From IMG/VR virus record IMGVR_UViG_3300012943_000039, positions 1 through 54,530 of that record: DNA of 54,530 nucleotides; one strand, written 5' to 3'. This stretch comes from a virus. Lineage: Duplodnaviria > Caudoviricetes. This document shows, piece by piece, positions 9,615 through 18,625 of the stretch. Below the pieces are notes generated by a model. The model was not told the origin of the DNA, did no database searches, and saw nothing but the letters and a program-made list of their open reading frames with translations. Both the position numbers and the translations under genes were made by a program. Each line of letters starts with the position of its first letter. Position 1 is the stretch's first letter.

Positions 9615-9821
9615 CTAGACGGGTTGCTGGGATTGTGTATTTTTTCTAGAGAAAAACTCTAAGTCCTTCAGACGCAAGCGGATGTAAGTGCTCACTGACT
9701 GACGTCGCTTGCGCGCTTCTGTGTAGACGAATGCGGCATCATGCTCTGTGACGGCAAACGTCAGCAGCGCACTGAGCTTATCGACGTCGTTCTTTTTCGG
9801 TGCTCCTTTTCTGCGGCTCAT
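9615..9821 (-). CDS. Small ribbon-helix-helix-like DNA-binding protein (68 aa)
   Basis: MSRRKGAPKK...LTFAVT...EARKRRQSVSTYIRLRL; ATGA overlap with the upstream gene. Confidence 0.55.
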   Translation of the reverse strand: MSRRKGAPKKNDVDKLSALLTFAVTEHDAAFVYTEARKRRQSVSTYIRLRLKDLEFFSRKNTQSQQPV

Positions 9822-10393
9822 GGTCGACTGATTACGATGGTGCATCCGCAATGAGGGTGAAACGGCGGACCTTCTTCGCTGAAGTCTTCTCCGATCGGTA
9901 CCGCGCCGCTGTCGTTCGCAATGCCGACGCACACTTCACACGCGTTCGGCGTCAGCAAGATTTCTTTCGTCGCGTCTTCTGACAACAGGCCCTGTTCTTG
10001 CGCCTGCAGCCATGAGGCATCTTGACCGTCGTTCAACGCGTCAAGAATCTCAGTGCGCGCGATACTCTCGCCTCGCGCGCTCAGCAGCTTGTCTGCGTAT
10101 TTCTCAACAAGCTCGTCGACTCGACTGGGGACAAGCCCAGACTCTTCTAGCTCGTCTCGGTACGAGCTTACCGCTTGCCCCTGAGCACTCGTCAGCCCGA
10201 CGAGTGGGATGATCTCTTTGGCGACGTCAGACGGCGCAGCGCCGTCCCTGACCGCTTTAACGATGAGGTTGCGAACGTTCTTCTTCGTCTCTTTCGAGAC
10301 TTCGACAATACGCTTCGCAGCTGTGCGCTGCGCCTCTTTCTGCGCGGCTTCAGCCTCGCTGTCGAATCGAAACTGAATGGGACGTTTAGCCAC
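9818..10393 (-). CDS. Phage Mu F / SPP1 gp7-like minor head protein
   Basis: RGESIARTE, ACEVC and PPFHPHCGC motifs; GTG start at 10393 after GGGAG. Confidence 0.85.
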   Translation of the reverse strand: MAKRPIQFRFDSEAEAAQKEAQRTAAKRIVEVSKETKKNVRNLIVKAVRDGAAPSDVAKEIIPLVGLTSAQGQAVSSYRDELEESGLVPSRVDELVEKYADKLLSARGESIARTEILDALNDGQDASWLQAQEQGLLSEDATKEILLTPNACEVCVGIANDSGAVPIGEDFSEEGPPFHPHCGCTIVISRP

Positions 10394-10667
10394 GCACAAT
10401 CTCCCGCACGTGTTCTGCGCCGATCTCGCCGCCGCTCATATACGCGCGAACGAAGATGTCAGCAAGAGGCGCAAGCGCCGCGTCGAGTTCAGCGGTGATG
10501 ACTTGCTCTGCGAGCTTCCGGTTACTCATCGCAGCTGCAACGCGTTCGCGGCTCAGACGTCGCTGAAAGTCTTTCATCGCACGCACGAAGCGAGCGCGGA
10601 AGAGACGTTCGTAATGGTCTGACGTTCGGCGGATTCGCGCCAGTTCTTTCGGCGTTCTAGGCATCAC
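10386..10667 (-). CDS. Hypothetical protein (possibly a detached N-terminal MuF segment)
   Basis: Helical 93 aa overlapping the start of the MuF gene. Confidence 0.55.
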   Translation of the reverse strand: MMPRTPKELARIRRTSDHYERLFRARFVRAMKDFQRRLSRERVAAAMSNRKLAEQVITAELDAALAPLADIFVRAYMSGGEIGAEHVREIVRG

Positions 10668-11139
10668 GCTCCTTCGTCACTCGCAGTGAGCGCGGCACAA
10701 GCGACTGAAACCACTGACGCAGCTTCGACACGACAGGCGGTAACTCGACAGCTGACGTCGCTTGCGGCTGCGTCGACAGATTGTCTGCGATGTCAAGCTC
10801 AGCGGTGACTGTGCTTCGCTCTTCGAACTTCTGAATGATCGTCAGCATACACGCGGTCCAAGGCTCACCGGTCGCCTTGGACATCGCAATGCCGGCACAA
10901 ATCAGGTGCAATGCGGAGAACTCGGGATTCGGTTCGTCGAGACACAGACGAATCACCTTGTCGCCTACAGAAATCACCTGAACGTCTTTCGAGTCGATGA
11001 TTGGGCGCGCCAGCTGTCGCATGTTGCGCAGCTGACGAGCTTCGCTCTGCGGTCGTCCCGTGTAGTTGCGGACGAGTCGCTTACTTGACGAGCCGTCATG
11101 CTGTTCGAACGACGGGAAGAATTTGCCCTTGACTCTCAT
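10657..11139 (-). CDS. Hypothetical protein
   Basis: 160-aa ORF coupled to its neighbours. Confidence 0.6.
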   Translation of the reverse strand: MRVKGKFFPSFEQHDGSSSKRLVRNYTGRPQSEARQLRNMRQLARPIIDSKDVQVISVGDKVIRLCLDEPNPEFSALHLICAGIAMSKATGEPWTACMLTIIQKFEERSTVTAELDIADNLSTQPQATSAVELPPVVSKLRQWFQSLVPRSLRVTKERDA

Positions 11140-11285
11140 CCAAATATCCTCATCAAGACGCCGGCGAGAATGCTGCCGATACCGAGCCCGACGCTACCGA
11201 TGAAGCGACACGACGGGCAGAGCGGTACAACGCGCTTGCGCTCAAGCTCGTCGTCACACAGCGGATTACGGCAGACGTAGCGCAC
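11136..11285 (-). CDS. Small Zn-finger plus transmembrane protein (49 aa)
   Basis: MRYVCRNPLC...LCPSCRFIGSVGLGIGSILAGVLMRIFG; fills the gap with stop/start overlaps at both ends. Confidence 0.55.
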   Translation of the reverse strand: MRYVCRNPLCDDELERKRVVPLCPSCRFIGSVGLGIGSILAGVLMRIFG

Positions 11286-11482
11286 TAGTTCACCGGGCGC
11301 AGGTGCGTACCTGGAGGCAGTTCGTGGATGAGCTTCTTCGCCGTGTTGCGGTGCTCAAGGACGGCGACTTTCGCCATCTCAAGAATGCCGACACACAGCA
11401 TCGTTTCATCAATCGGCCCCTGAATCCCGATTGTTTTGTCGTCGTTCATGATGATTCGTAACTCAGCAACTACGTTTGGCAC
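11285..11482 (-). CDS. Hypothetical protein
   Basis: 65 aa with AAGGAG RBS. Confidence 0.6.
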   Translation of the reverse strand: MPNVVAELRIIMNDDKTIGIQGPIDETMLCVGILEMAKVAVLEHRNTAKKLIHELPPGTHLRPVN

Positions 11483-11494
11483 TGGGATGCTCCT

Positions 11495-11914
11495 TTACAA
11501 GTTCAGAACACTACGGACTAACCACTGTAAGTAATACGCCATCGGCTCATCTGCGCCGTTGCGCCACGTCGTCACACCTGAATCAAGCGTTGCGCCGCGC
11601 TCTTGGAAAACCCAGAAAGCAGCGTGCCAGATCTCGTGAGTCACGACAGAGACATCAGCACCTGGACGCAACCAAATGATGATGACGTGTAGCTTCGGGC
11701 TAATCGCGAGTCGCCAGCAACGACCGTTACAGCCGTCGACTGGCGACATAGCGACGTTGCGCACGATGCTAGGTGCGAGCTTCGCAATCTTCGACGTTCG
11801 CTTAATCAACTTCAACAGCGTCGGATGAAAATCCTGTTCCCGACTGCAGACGACGAAGTAATCAACGCGATACAGACGATCAGCGAACGAGCGCGCGAAC
11901 GGCTTCAATCTCAT
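11495..11914 (-). CDS. HExxH-motif protein (putative metallopeptidase fold)
   Basis: VVTHEIWH...DEPMAYY motif. Confidence 0.6.
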   Translation of the reverse strand: MRLKPFARSFADRLYRVDYFVVCSREQDFHPTLLKLIKRTSKIAKLAPSIVRNVAMSPVDGCNGRCWRLAISPKLHVIIIWLRPGADVSVVTHEIWHAAFWVFQERGATLDSGVTTWRNGADEPMAYYLQWLVRSVLNL

Positions 11915-13338
11915 TCGGTCAACGGTGGCGGGTCTTCAGTGCCCGCGGGCTTGCGCGTATCGATGTCTTTGCGCTCTTGCTCAGCGTTGACTCCTTCTCG
12001 CGCCCATCCGCCGGTGACGAGCAGGTTGTACCAAGTCTCGAATGACATTTCGCCAGACTGCAGCGCCGTCAACGCGACTTGAATTTCCTGCGGTGTCGCA
12101 CGAACGTTCAGGTACTCCTTGTTGAGCGCGACACTGACCTTTGCTTCGTTCGGTCTTGTGTCAGTGCCCTGCCACCAGACGCAAATCTGGAGCACGTCTG
12201 TAAACGCCTGTTCAAGACTCTGCGCAATCGTCTTCAACGACGCGACTTCGCCGCCGTGACGCATCTTCGCGCTCGTCGCCGTCTCGTCAATCGTAGGCGC
12301 ATCTTCAAGCAGACGGGCCCCGAGAGTCGCCATCTGCTTTTTCTTCTCGCTCATCGCTTCGACGAGCGCCTTGAGTCCTTCGCCGCTGAACTCAAGCATC
12401 CCGGCGCTACCCTGCAAGTCGAGTTCCCAGACGACAGACGGGCCGATCTTCATCGGCGCCGAGTCTGCGCCGCCTTTCGAGCCTGAAACCCACGGCGTTG
12501 GCAGCGCGACGAGATGCAACCCGTATTCATGGTCGACTGAGTTACGCCAGTGCGCCAGATTGACGTCAGCGAGATCGATCAGCGGCGGGTTTTCAAGGTC
12601 AGGCGTCGGCGCGACAGCGCCAATGAAGATGAACGGCACGAAGTCAAGCGGCTCGCCTCGACGCTGAAGAATGACTTCATCGCCGTTCATGACGTATTCA
12701 GTTGAGCCCTTCGACTTCGGCTTATACAGCTGACGAACGCAGACACCGCCCTTGAGGAACATCACGCGGTAATGTGTTTCTTTTTCGACGACGAACATGT
12801 CCGCCGGATTGTCGATCTCGACTTGCTCTTCAAGAACGACCATGCTCAAGATCTCGTCGCCGCCTCGTCGCTCAGTGCGCCAGTTGATAATGTTCTCTGC
12901 GCAGTAGCCTACGCAGTAAGGGCGCATGTCGACGTCCGTTCGCGGTGCTTCGCCAGGCGGCTGAATCGGCATGTCAACGAGCACGCCGTATCGCGCCGTG
13001 ATGAAGACTTCTTTTCCTACTTCAGTCGCGAACGATTCGAACGAGACGTTCGTCAGCGTCAGGTCGTCGAGCAGCGCCTTGAACGTCTCGCCAATGTCGA
13101 CCTTCGGCGCTGTCTGAAAGATTGACCCGTTCATGCCGTTGATCGTGCGTGACACGGCATTGTAGAAATTGCCGCGCTGACGATACTCGTTGTTGCCAGC
13201 TGTGTCAGTGCCCGGCAAGTCCGGCACGTATTTATTGCCAGCTTTGAGCACAGCATCACGACCATTCGAACAGTCGCGAACGCGCTTCCACTTGACGAGC
13301 ATCGCCTCAAAATCGCTGCGCGGTGTTTGAACAGGCAT
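11911..13338 (-). CDS. Portal protein (DUF4055-type)
   Basis: 475 aa; YRQRGNFYN, IINWR, PPLIDLADVNLAHWRNS, ETATS motifs; between terminase and head genes. Confidence 0.9.
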   Translation of the reverse strand: MPVQTPRSDFEAMLVKWKRVRDCSNGRDAVLKAGNKYVPDLPGTDTAGNNEYRQRGNFYNAVSRTINGMNGSIFQTAPKVDIGETFKALLDDLTLTNVSFESFATEVGKEVFITARYGVLVDMPIQPPGEAPRTDVDMRPYCVGYCAENIINWRTERRGGDEILSMVVLEEQVEIDNPADMFVVEKETHYRVMFLKGGVCVRQLYKPKSKGSTEYVMNGDEVILQRRGEPLDFVPFIFIGAVAPTPDLENPPLIDLADVNLAHWRNSVDHEYGLHLVALPTPWVSGSKGGADSAPMKIGPSVVWELDLQGSAGMLEFSGEGLKALVEAMSEKKKQMATLGARLLEDAPTIDETATSAKMRHGGEVASLKTIAQSLEQAFTDVLQICVWWQGTDTRPNEAKVSVALNKEYLNVRATPQEIQVALTALQSGEMSFETWYNLLVTGGWAREGVNAEQERKDIDTRKPAGTEDPPPLTE

Positions 13339-13397
13339 TTAGTTTGGCTCCATCCCAATCCAGTCCGGTGGGGCGGACCATGAAAGCGTGACGACGT

Positions 13398-13790
13398 TCA
13401 ACCCAGTTTCCCTATGAATCGAAGAACTGCGAGCGTGCCGACCACGCTACCGATAATCAGCGTGATAATCCACTTCGCATCAATGCGCGACAGATATTGA
13501 TTGTCGCCTGTGGCAGCTGCCGGCAACTTGCCGACATACACCTGAATCTGATCTTGAATGACACGCGTCATACGATTCGACAGCGCGTGATACCGCTCGC
13601 CTACTTGCTCGATACGACGTTCAAGACGGCTCAGGATGCCGTCATGTGTAGAAATCCGACCGTGAGCTTTCGCCACGGAGTTGTCCATGTTCTCGATTCG
13701 ACGAACAAGATCACTATGACGGAGTGCGTCGTGACGTTCTCTGTCATCGAACCTCCGATCTAAGTGATCTAGGACTTCCCTGATGTCCAC
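13398..13790 (-). CDS. Coiled-coil protein with C-terminal transmembrane helix
   Basis: GTG start at 13790; ends KWIITLIIGSVVGTLAVLRFIGKLG. Confidence 0.55.
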   Translation of the reverse strand: MDIREVLDHLDRRFDDRERHDALRHSDLVRRIENMDNSVAKAHGRISTHDGILSRLERRIEQVGERYHALSNRMTRVIQDQIQVYVGKLPAAATGDNQYLSRIDAKWIITLIIGSVVGTLAVLRFIGKLG

Positions 13791-13823
13791 GGCAGCCCCA
13801 CGTAATGTAAAGCCCATCCCAAG

Positions 13824-13857
13824 TGTGGCGCTGATACCCTCAGGCATCAGCGCCACA
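13824..13857 (-). terminator. Hairpin, possible terminator or mRNA stabiliser after the Ig-like gene
   Basis: Perfect 12-bp inverted repeat TGTGGCGCTGAT/ATCAGCGCCACA; the U-tract is weak. Confidence 0.45.
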
Positions 13858-13881
13858 ACGCGATTCACAACGACGACGCGA

Positions 13882-14196
13882 CTAGCTCTGCTCGCTGACG
13901 GCGCCCGTGTCGATGACAGCGGAGACCGCGTCACCCGGGAGAACCGTGATGTCGAGCGAAGCGGCAACGACCGACTCGCCTTCGCCAACGATGCCGTCCG
14001 CGGTGAACGACAGCTGACCGGAGCCCGGTGCGCCGGCCTTGAACGTGCCCGCGGCGGGATTCGTCGGGTCGACTTCGAACGTGCCGAGATTCGGATCGCT
14101 GACAGCGAACACGGGATTTTCGAACGGCGCAACGTTGCCCTTCGAATCGCGACCGGTCACACTGACCGGAAACTGCTGCGTGTCTTTCAGTTGCAT
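13882..14196 (-). CDS. Small Ig-like beta-sandwich protein (104 aa)
   Basis: All-beta pattern VSVTGRDSKGN...VSDP...GSGQLSFTAD...LDITV; GAGG RBS. Confidence 0.65.
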   Translation of the reverse strand: MQLKDTQQFPVSVTGRDSKGNVAPFENPVFAVSDPNLGTFEVDPTNPAAGTFKAGAPGSGQLSFTADGIVGEGESVVAASLDITVLPGDAVSAVIDTGAVSEQS

Positions 14197-14198
14197 GG

Positions 14199-14345
14199 CT
14201 ACCTCTGCTGCGTAATGGGCCCAACAATCATGGTCACTACCTGCGGGGCCGCGTTCGCAGGCGGTGGGGCTGGACGTCGAAAGCGGCTATACAAACAGCC
14301 TAAGACGAATCCCAAAGAGAGGAAGACGAATGACGAGAGGTACAT
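14199..14345 (-). CDS. Small membrane protein with Pro linker and C-terminal VVTMIVGP motif (48 aa)
   Basis: MYLSSFVFLSLGFVLGCLYSRFRRPAPPPANAAPQVVTMIVGPITQQR. Confidence 0.65.
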   Translation of the reverse strand: MYLSSFVFLSLGFVLGCLYSRFRRPAPPPANAAPQVVTMIVGPITQQR

Positions 14346-14349
14346 CGTC

Positions 14350-14526
14350 TTAAAGTTTCTGCTCGACGACAGGGCCGACAATCATCGTGACGACGCGGAC
14401 CTGTTTCGGGTGCGGCTGCTCGACGTGACCGAGTGCTTTCATCACGCGATACGCGTCTGAGCCTGCTGCCGTGACTTGCACCGTCAGGCCTTTCGGCGCG
14501 ATTTCGACTTCAATGCTTCCCTTCAT
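14350..14526 (-). CDS. Small protein with C-terminal VVTMIVGP motif (58 aa; absent from the ORF track)
   Basis: AAGGAG RBS; MKGSIEVEIAPKGLTVQV...QVRVVTMIVGPVVEQKL. Confidence 0.7.
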   Translation of the reverse strand: MKGSIEVEIAPKGLTVQVTAAGSDAYRVMKALGHVEQPHPKQVRVVTMIVGPVVEQKL

Positions 14527-14537
14527 CTTGTGTCTCC

Positions 14538-15107
14538 TTACCGAATCTTCGACGTCAACAGACCGGCGCCGGCGCCGACAAGTGTGTCAGTCAACCAATG
14601 CTTACCGGCCATCACGCGCAGCCCGCCAGTCCCGATTGACAACGGCAGCACGAACGCGAGTCGCGGACCGCCGACTGTCGTAAAGGCGAGCGCGGTATGC
14701 GCGCTGTAGAACGAGAAGTTCGGATTGTCTGAGCCGCAATCAGGCGCGCATGGACGCTGACGGTGAATGAGCTTCTTGACAGCGAAAACAACGCCATACG
14801 TGACGCCGACGCGTGCGCCTTGAGCGACGAAGCAGCGAGCGCGATCAGCGCACTCCCACGAGTGCCGAGCGTCGAGCGCGACGACTGTAAGCACGGTGCC
14901 CCAGCTGGCGACGTCGGCAGCGTGACGCTGCGCCTCTGTCGGCAGCGCAAGACGCGGCTCTTGTGCGTGCGCAGCTGTCGTCAGCATGAGCGCGAAGATC
15001 ATCCCGCCTGCGACTCTGAAGATGAACCGCCAGACGTAATAGCAGAACGCGCCGCACATGAGCAGCGAGAAGACGACAACCCAGTCAACGCGTCGAAGTA
15101 ATCTCAT
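14538..15107 (-). CDS. PAP2-family membrane phosphatase
   Basis: All three PAP2 motifs: KKLIHRQRP (KxxxxxxRP), SFYSAHT (PSGH-like), RVMAGKHWLTD (SRxxxxxHxxxD-like). Confidence 0.85.
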   Translation of the reverse strand: MRLLRRVDWVVVFSLLMCGAFCYYVWRFIFRVAGGMIFALMLTTAAHAQEPRLALPTEAQRHAADVASWGTVLTVVALDARHSWECADRARCFVAQGARVGVTYGVVFAVKKLIHRQRPCAPDCGSDNPNFSFYSAHTALAFTTVGGPRLAFVLPLSIGTGGLRVMAGKHWLTDTLVGAGAGLLTSKIR

Positions 15108-15208
15108 CGGTCTTCAGGCGTATTAACCGCCTGCCAGTATCCAATAACCGCGATGGTTAGTACCGTAGTAAGCACACCCGCAGCGAAAGCAGCTAGTAAG
15201 GGGAGCAC
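15104..15208 (-). CDS. Small membrane peptide (34 aa)
   Basis: GAGG RBS, GTG start, MLPLLAAFAAGVLTTVLTIAVIGYW; ATGA overlap with the PAP2 gene. Confidence 0.5.
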   Translation of the reverse strand: MLPLLAAFAAGVLTTVLTIAVIGYWQAVNTPEDR

Positions 15209-15224
15209 ATTACCTCGCAGTCTT

Positions 15225-16553
15225 TTACGCCCAGACGGCTTTACGTTGTCTAATCGCGTGCCTTACTCGTTCAGTCGCATACCTCAGCGGGTCGATAATG
15301 TGGTTCTTCTTGTCTTCAAGCACATTACTAATCACTTGAGTATGCGGGTCGACCTTGTATTTGTAGCCTGAGAACTCGTCAATCGTGTGCTTGCAGCGCG
15401 GATGAATGATGATGTCAAACCCTTGCAGGAAGATGACACCTTCTTTGACGCTGTTCGCACCTTTCTTCGCAGCTTCCATGCCGCCGTAGCCGTGACGACG
15501 CATGTATGAAATCGTCTCAGGTCGCGCGCTGTCAGCTGTGATCTGCGCGCTACGTGCCCAGCCGTGATTCGCTTGATCGCGGCACGGATGAGGAGACGGC
15601 GAGCCGTCTTCTTGCATCTCGCAACCGCACACGAGACCGTCGAAGAATGTCGGCAGATGGTCGATCTCAACGCCGACGCGGTACAAGTCACGGTCGATGT
15701 AGAGACGACGACGCGCCCAAGGCTCGCCGGTTTCAGGGTTGCGCTCACTGATGAACGCACGCACGAGCGACGAAGGGTCAACGCTGTATCCCCAGTCACC
15801 GCCAACGATGAAGATCGTACCTGGAGGCGCTTCAAAGTCTTGGACGCTGAAGTTCTTGAAGACACGTGCGCTGCTCTTGCGGTTGTAGCCGCCGGCCCAG
15901 ACATGCTGATACTTGTCAGGGTCTGTCTGTCGCGCCCACTCCATCTCTTTGCGCAAGACGCCAGGGAACCACGGGTTATCTTGCCAGTTAACCTCGACGC
16001 AGACAGATCGCGGATCTCTGTTGGGACCTCTGAACAACTGGTCAACAGGATCGTTTGGGTCATCAGGGTTCCAGCTGAACCACAGTTCAGATTCCCATAT
16101 GACGTTACCTGCGGCGTCTTTCTCTTCATAGCGAATCGTGGGCGTTAGTATCTCTAGTGAGTGCTGGCTTAGTGTCTGCGCCTCTTCAACCCAGCAACGT
16201 CGAAGGCCTTCAAGCGATTTGAGACTGTGCGCCGTATGATTACGCAAACCCTCAAACAGAATGACGCCATCGCCCGGTGTCTTAATCTGATTGTCTCGGA
16301 TGATGAACCCGTGTTCCTTCAATCCGAACTTGTGAATCTTGTCTTCTAGTAATTTCTTGCTCGACTCATCAAGCGTGCGCTGAAACTCACGAGCGCAGAG
16401 CGAACGCTCACCAGGATTCAAGTGAGCAATGATCATGCGCTCGGCAAAGAAGTGCGACTTCATCCCGCCGCGCCCGCCATACAGCCCCTTGTTTCTGACG
16501 TTCGCAAGAAGCGGCGCGAGCTTGCGCGGTACTTCGACCTGTAGCACTCCCAT
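15225..16553 (-). CDS. terL: Terminase large subunit (PBSX/SPP1-like)
   Basis: YGGRGGMKS Walker A, WVEEA Walker B, FSWNP, DWGY and NHIIDPLRYA nuclease motifs. Confidence 0.95.
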   Translation of the reverse strand: MGVLQVEVPRKLAPLLANVRNKGLYGGRGGMKSHFFAERMIIAHLNPGERSLCAREFQRTLDESSKKLLEDKIHKFGLKEHGFIIRDNQIKTPGDGVILFEGLRNHTAHSLKSLEGLRRCWVEEAQTLSQHSLEILTPTIRYEEKDAAGNVIWESELWFSWNPDDPNDPVDQLFRGPNRDPRSVCVEVNWQDNPWFPGVLRKEMEWARQTDPDKYQHVWAGGYNRKSSARVFKNFSVQDFEAPPGTIFIVGGDWGYSVDPSSLVRAFISERNPETGEPWARRRLYIDRDLYRVGVEIDHLPTFFDGLVCGCEMQEDGSPSPHPCRDQANHGWARSAQITADSARPETISYMRRHGYGGMEAAKKGANSVKEGVIFLQGFDIIIHPRCKHTIDEFSGYKYKVDPHTQVISNVLEDKKNHIIDPLRYATERVRHAIRQRKAVWA

Positions 16554-16715
16554 TCAATTCTCTACGTCTGCTGAGCCCTCACGCTTCCACTGGGCCTCGT
16601 TGCGATCTGCTTCGTTGCGCTTGCATAGACAGCAAACGCCGTCGACTTTCTCCTTGAGTGTGAGCACTTCACCACACTTCGGACAACGTTCGAAGTCGTC
16701 CTTCTTGCGCGCCAT
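16554..16715 (-). CDS. Small Zn-finger protein (53 aa)
   Basis: MARKKDDFERCPKCGE...VCCLC; abuts both neighbours. Confidence 0.55.
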   Translation of the reverse strand: MARKKDDFERCPKCGEVLTLKEKVDGVCCLCKRNEADRNEAQWKREGSADVEN

Positions 16716-16966
16716 CACGACTTGACAGTAACGCGCATGTTCTTCTCTTTGACCTTGACTTCTTTCGTCTGGCCGCCGGCATACAGGTTCTTTGCGCTGA
16801 ACCCTTTGACGACGAATGACGGCGTTGCCGGTAATCTCTCCATGACTGGCACGTTAAGTGACCGATGATTCAAGCATTCGACCTGCTCGTCAGCGTTACG
16901 TACCAGCACGTCTTTACGCACTGCGCCGCATTCAGGGTCAGGGCACTTGTAATCAAACAGTGGCAT
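16715..16966 (-). CDS. FmdB-family zinc-ribbon protein
   Basis: MPLFDYKCPDPECG...C...MERL...FVVKGF. Confidence 0.75.
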   Translation of the reverse strand: MPLFDYKCPDPECGAVRKDVLVRNADEQVECLNHRSLNVPVMERLPATPSFVVKGFSAKNLYAGGQTKEVKVKEKNMRVTVKS

Positions 16967-17153
16967 GGTCGTACCGTTCTCTCGATACTTCAGTCATGTC
17001 GAGGTCAACGAGCGTCGGCGTCGTGTCGCTGATCTTCGTGCTGACACGACTACACTTGCCGTGACAGTGGAGACGCGGTCTCGTGTTCTCATCAGGCACA
17101 TTGATGAGATCGCGGAAGCCACAACGCGGGCAGATGAAGAAGTGAACCGCCAT
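16953..17153 (-). CDS. Small Zn-finger protein
   Basis: CPRC...CHGKC. Confidence 0.55.
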   Translation of the reverse strand: MAVHFFICPRCGFRDLINVPDENTRPRLHCHGKCSRVSTKISDTTPTLVDLDMTEVSRERYDHATV

Positions 17154-17677
17154 TAGTAATCGAGCAGCTTACACAGCTGCGAAAAGTCGCAGTCAGCAGC
17201 GGGACACAACACGCTTGGACTGACGTTACCTTCAGCGTCGATAGTGTGACGCGTATACGTGTGACCGATGACGCCCATCTCGTGACCGTTCGGGCACGTC
17301 ACGATCACGCAATCGCGCTCGACGGCCCACGTGAGCGGCGCGCCTGGCACGTCTGCTCGCTTGAGTTCAGTCACACTCGTCTTGACCTGGATAGTCCCGA
17401 CTTTCACGCTGCGACCTGTCGCGCGTCCGTCTGCGTCGAGTTCAGCACCGCAACGCACGCACCAGTTATCGCCCTTCGGGTTGAAGTGAAAGCCTCGCTG
17501 ACACGGCGTCAACTCAAATGCGTCCATCACGCGCTTGAACGCGTCTTTGTCGAATGCGATGCCGTCATGACACGAGCACGCGCAGCGACCTGAAACCAGT
17601 TGACGCAGCTGTCCGCACGCCTCGGCCATTTCGCCGGGCGCAATACAGTTGCAACCTGAACGATACTCGCCAGTCAT
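17153..17677 (-). CDS. Cys-rich hypothetical protein
   Basis: Several CxC/CxxC clusters; C-terminal HTIDAEGNVSPSVLC. Confidence 0.6.
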   Translation of the reverse strand: MTGEYRSGCNCIAPGEMAEACGQLRQLVSGRCACSCHDGIAFDKDAFKRVMDAFELTPCQRGFHFNPKGDNWCVRCGAELDADGRATGRSVKVGTIQVKTSVTELKRADVPGAPLTWAVERDCVIVTCPNGHEMGVIGHTYTRHTIDAEGNVSPSVLCPAADCDFSQLCKLLDY

Positions 17678-17985
17678 TAGCTCGGGATGGCGTAAGCGAA
17701 CGCCTCTTCATATAGGTAAATCGTGTCGCCGTCGTTGTCCTTTTCGCGAGCAGCGCAGCGCACGAAGGTACGAACTCCCCACGTGATGACTTGAGGCGGT
17801 TCGTTGAACGGAAGAATCGTCGCTTCGTGAACCAATTCACCGCTCGGTACGATCAGCTTGATTTTCATGGTGTGCCTCTGACGCAGCAAAGCAGAGATGA
17901 GCCTCAAGAATCCTGCGCGCTCAAAGATAATCTGTTCAAGCAGACGATCTCTCGACGCGCGAACTGTGGCGTAATCTTCAGACAT
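17677..17985 (-). CDS. Hypothetical protein
   Basis: 102 aa coupled to the terminase small subunit gene. Confidence 0.55.
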   Translation of the reverse strand: MSEDYATVRASRDRLLEQIIFERAGFLRLISALLRQRHTMKIKLIVPSGELVHEATILPFNEPPQVITWGVRTFVRCAAREKDNDGDTIYLYEEAFAYAIPS

Positions 17986-18625
17986 TGGGCTTTGGGTCGA
18001 TGATGACGTTCTCGACGCGCGTTACGACGTCGATAGGCTTGCCGCCAGGTCCGCTCAACTCGACCTTGTCAGGGAACAGACCAACATGACGGCCCATGAG
18101 CTTCAACGTGCCTGGCTTATCCCACAGCTGAATTTCGACTTCATACGTGATGGTGACGTTGCCGTCTTTGTCTTCACGTACCGTCTTCTTGCTCTTCTTC
18201 GACTTGATCGCCGCCATCGCGCCGTCAGGCGCGCCGTCGACAGTCTTCACGTTTCCATCGTCGTCGATGAAGTAATGATCAATGCGAGCGTTCGCAAGCA
18301 GACTCATTTCGTGAAGAACGGCGTCTTGCTGAACGTTGACACGCGCTGCGCGCTGCTCTTTCGCACGCTCGACAGCGGCGGCGATATTGACTTGAGTTAA
18401 CAAACGAGACGCGATAGCAGCTGCGCTGTTAGGCGAGTAGCCCGCTCGAATCGCTGCTTTGGCACCGTTGAAATCGACGATGTATTCAGCGACGAACGCA
18501 GCTTGACGCGTGTTCAGCGCGTCGTCTTCACGGCAGGCGTCGTCTGTCTGGGGAGTTTCAGACACGGCGTAAATAGATAACACGCGTCGAGTTACGACGC
18601 AAGAACAGACCGCGATGTCTGGCAC
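17978..18625 (-). CDS. terS: Terminase small subunit (true start possibly GTG 18565)
   Basis: LNTRQAAFVAEYIVDFNGAKAAIRAGYS...ASRLL and LWDK..LKLMGRHVGLF...ELSGPGGKPI. Confidence 0.9.
   Translation of the reverse strand: MPDIAVCSCVVTRRVLSIYAVSETPQTDDACREDDALNTRQAAFVAEYIVDFNGAKAAIRAGYSPNSAAAIASRLLTQVNIAAAVERAKEQRAARVNVQQDAVLHEMSLLANARIDHYFIDDDGNVKTVDGAPDGAMAAIKSKKSKKTVREDKDGNVTITYEVEIQLWDKPGTLKLMGRHVGLFPDKVELSGPGGKPIDVVTRVENVIIDPKPNV

Noticed and set aside
13791-14132. N-terminal extension of the 244-aa ORF 13398-14132
   Set aside because: Overlaps the better-supported Ig-like gene in another frame and crosses a terminator-like hairpin.
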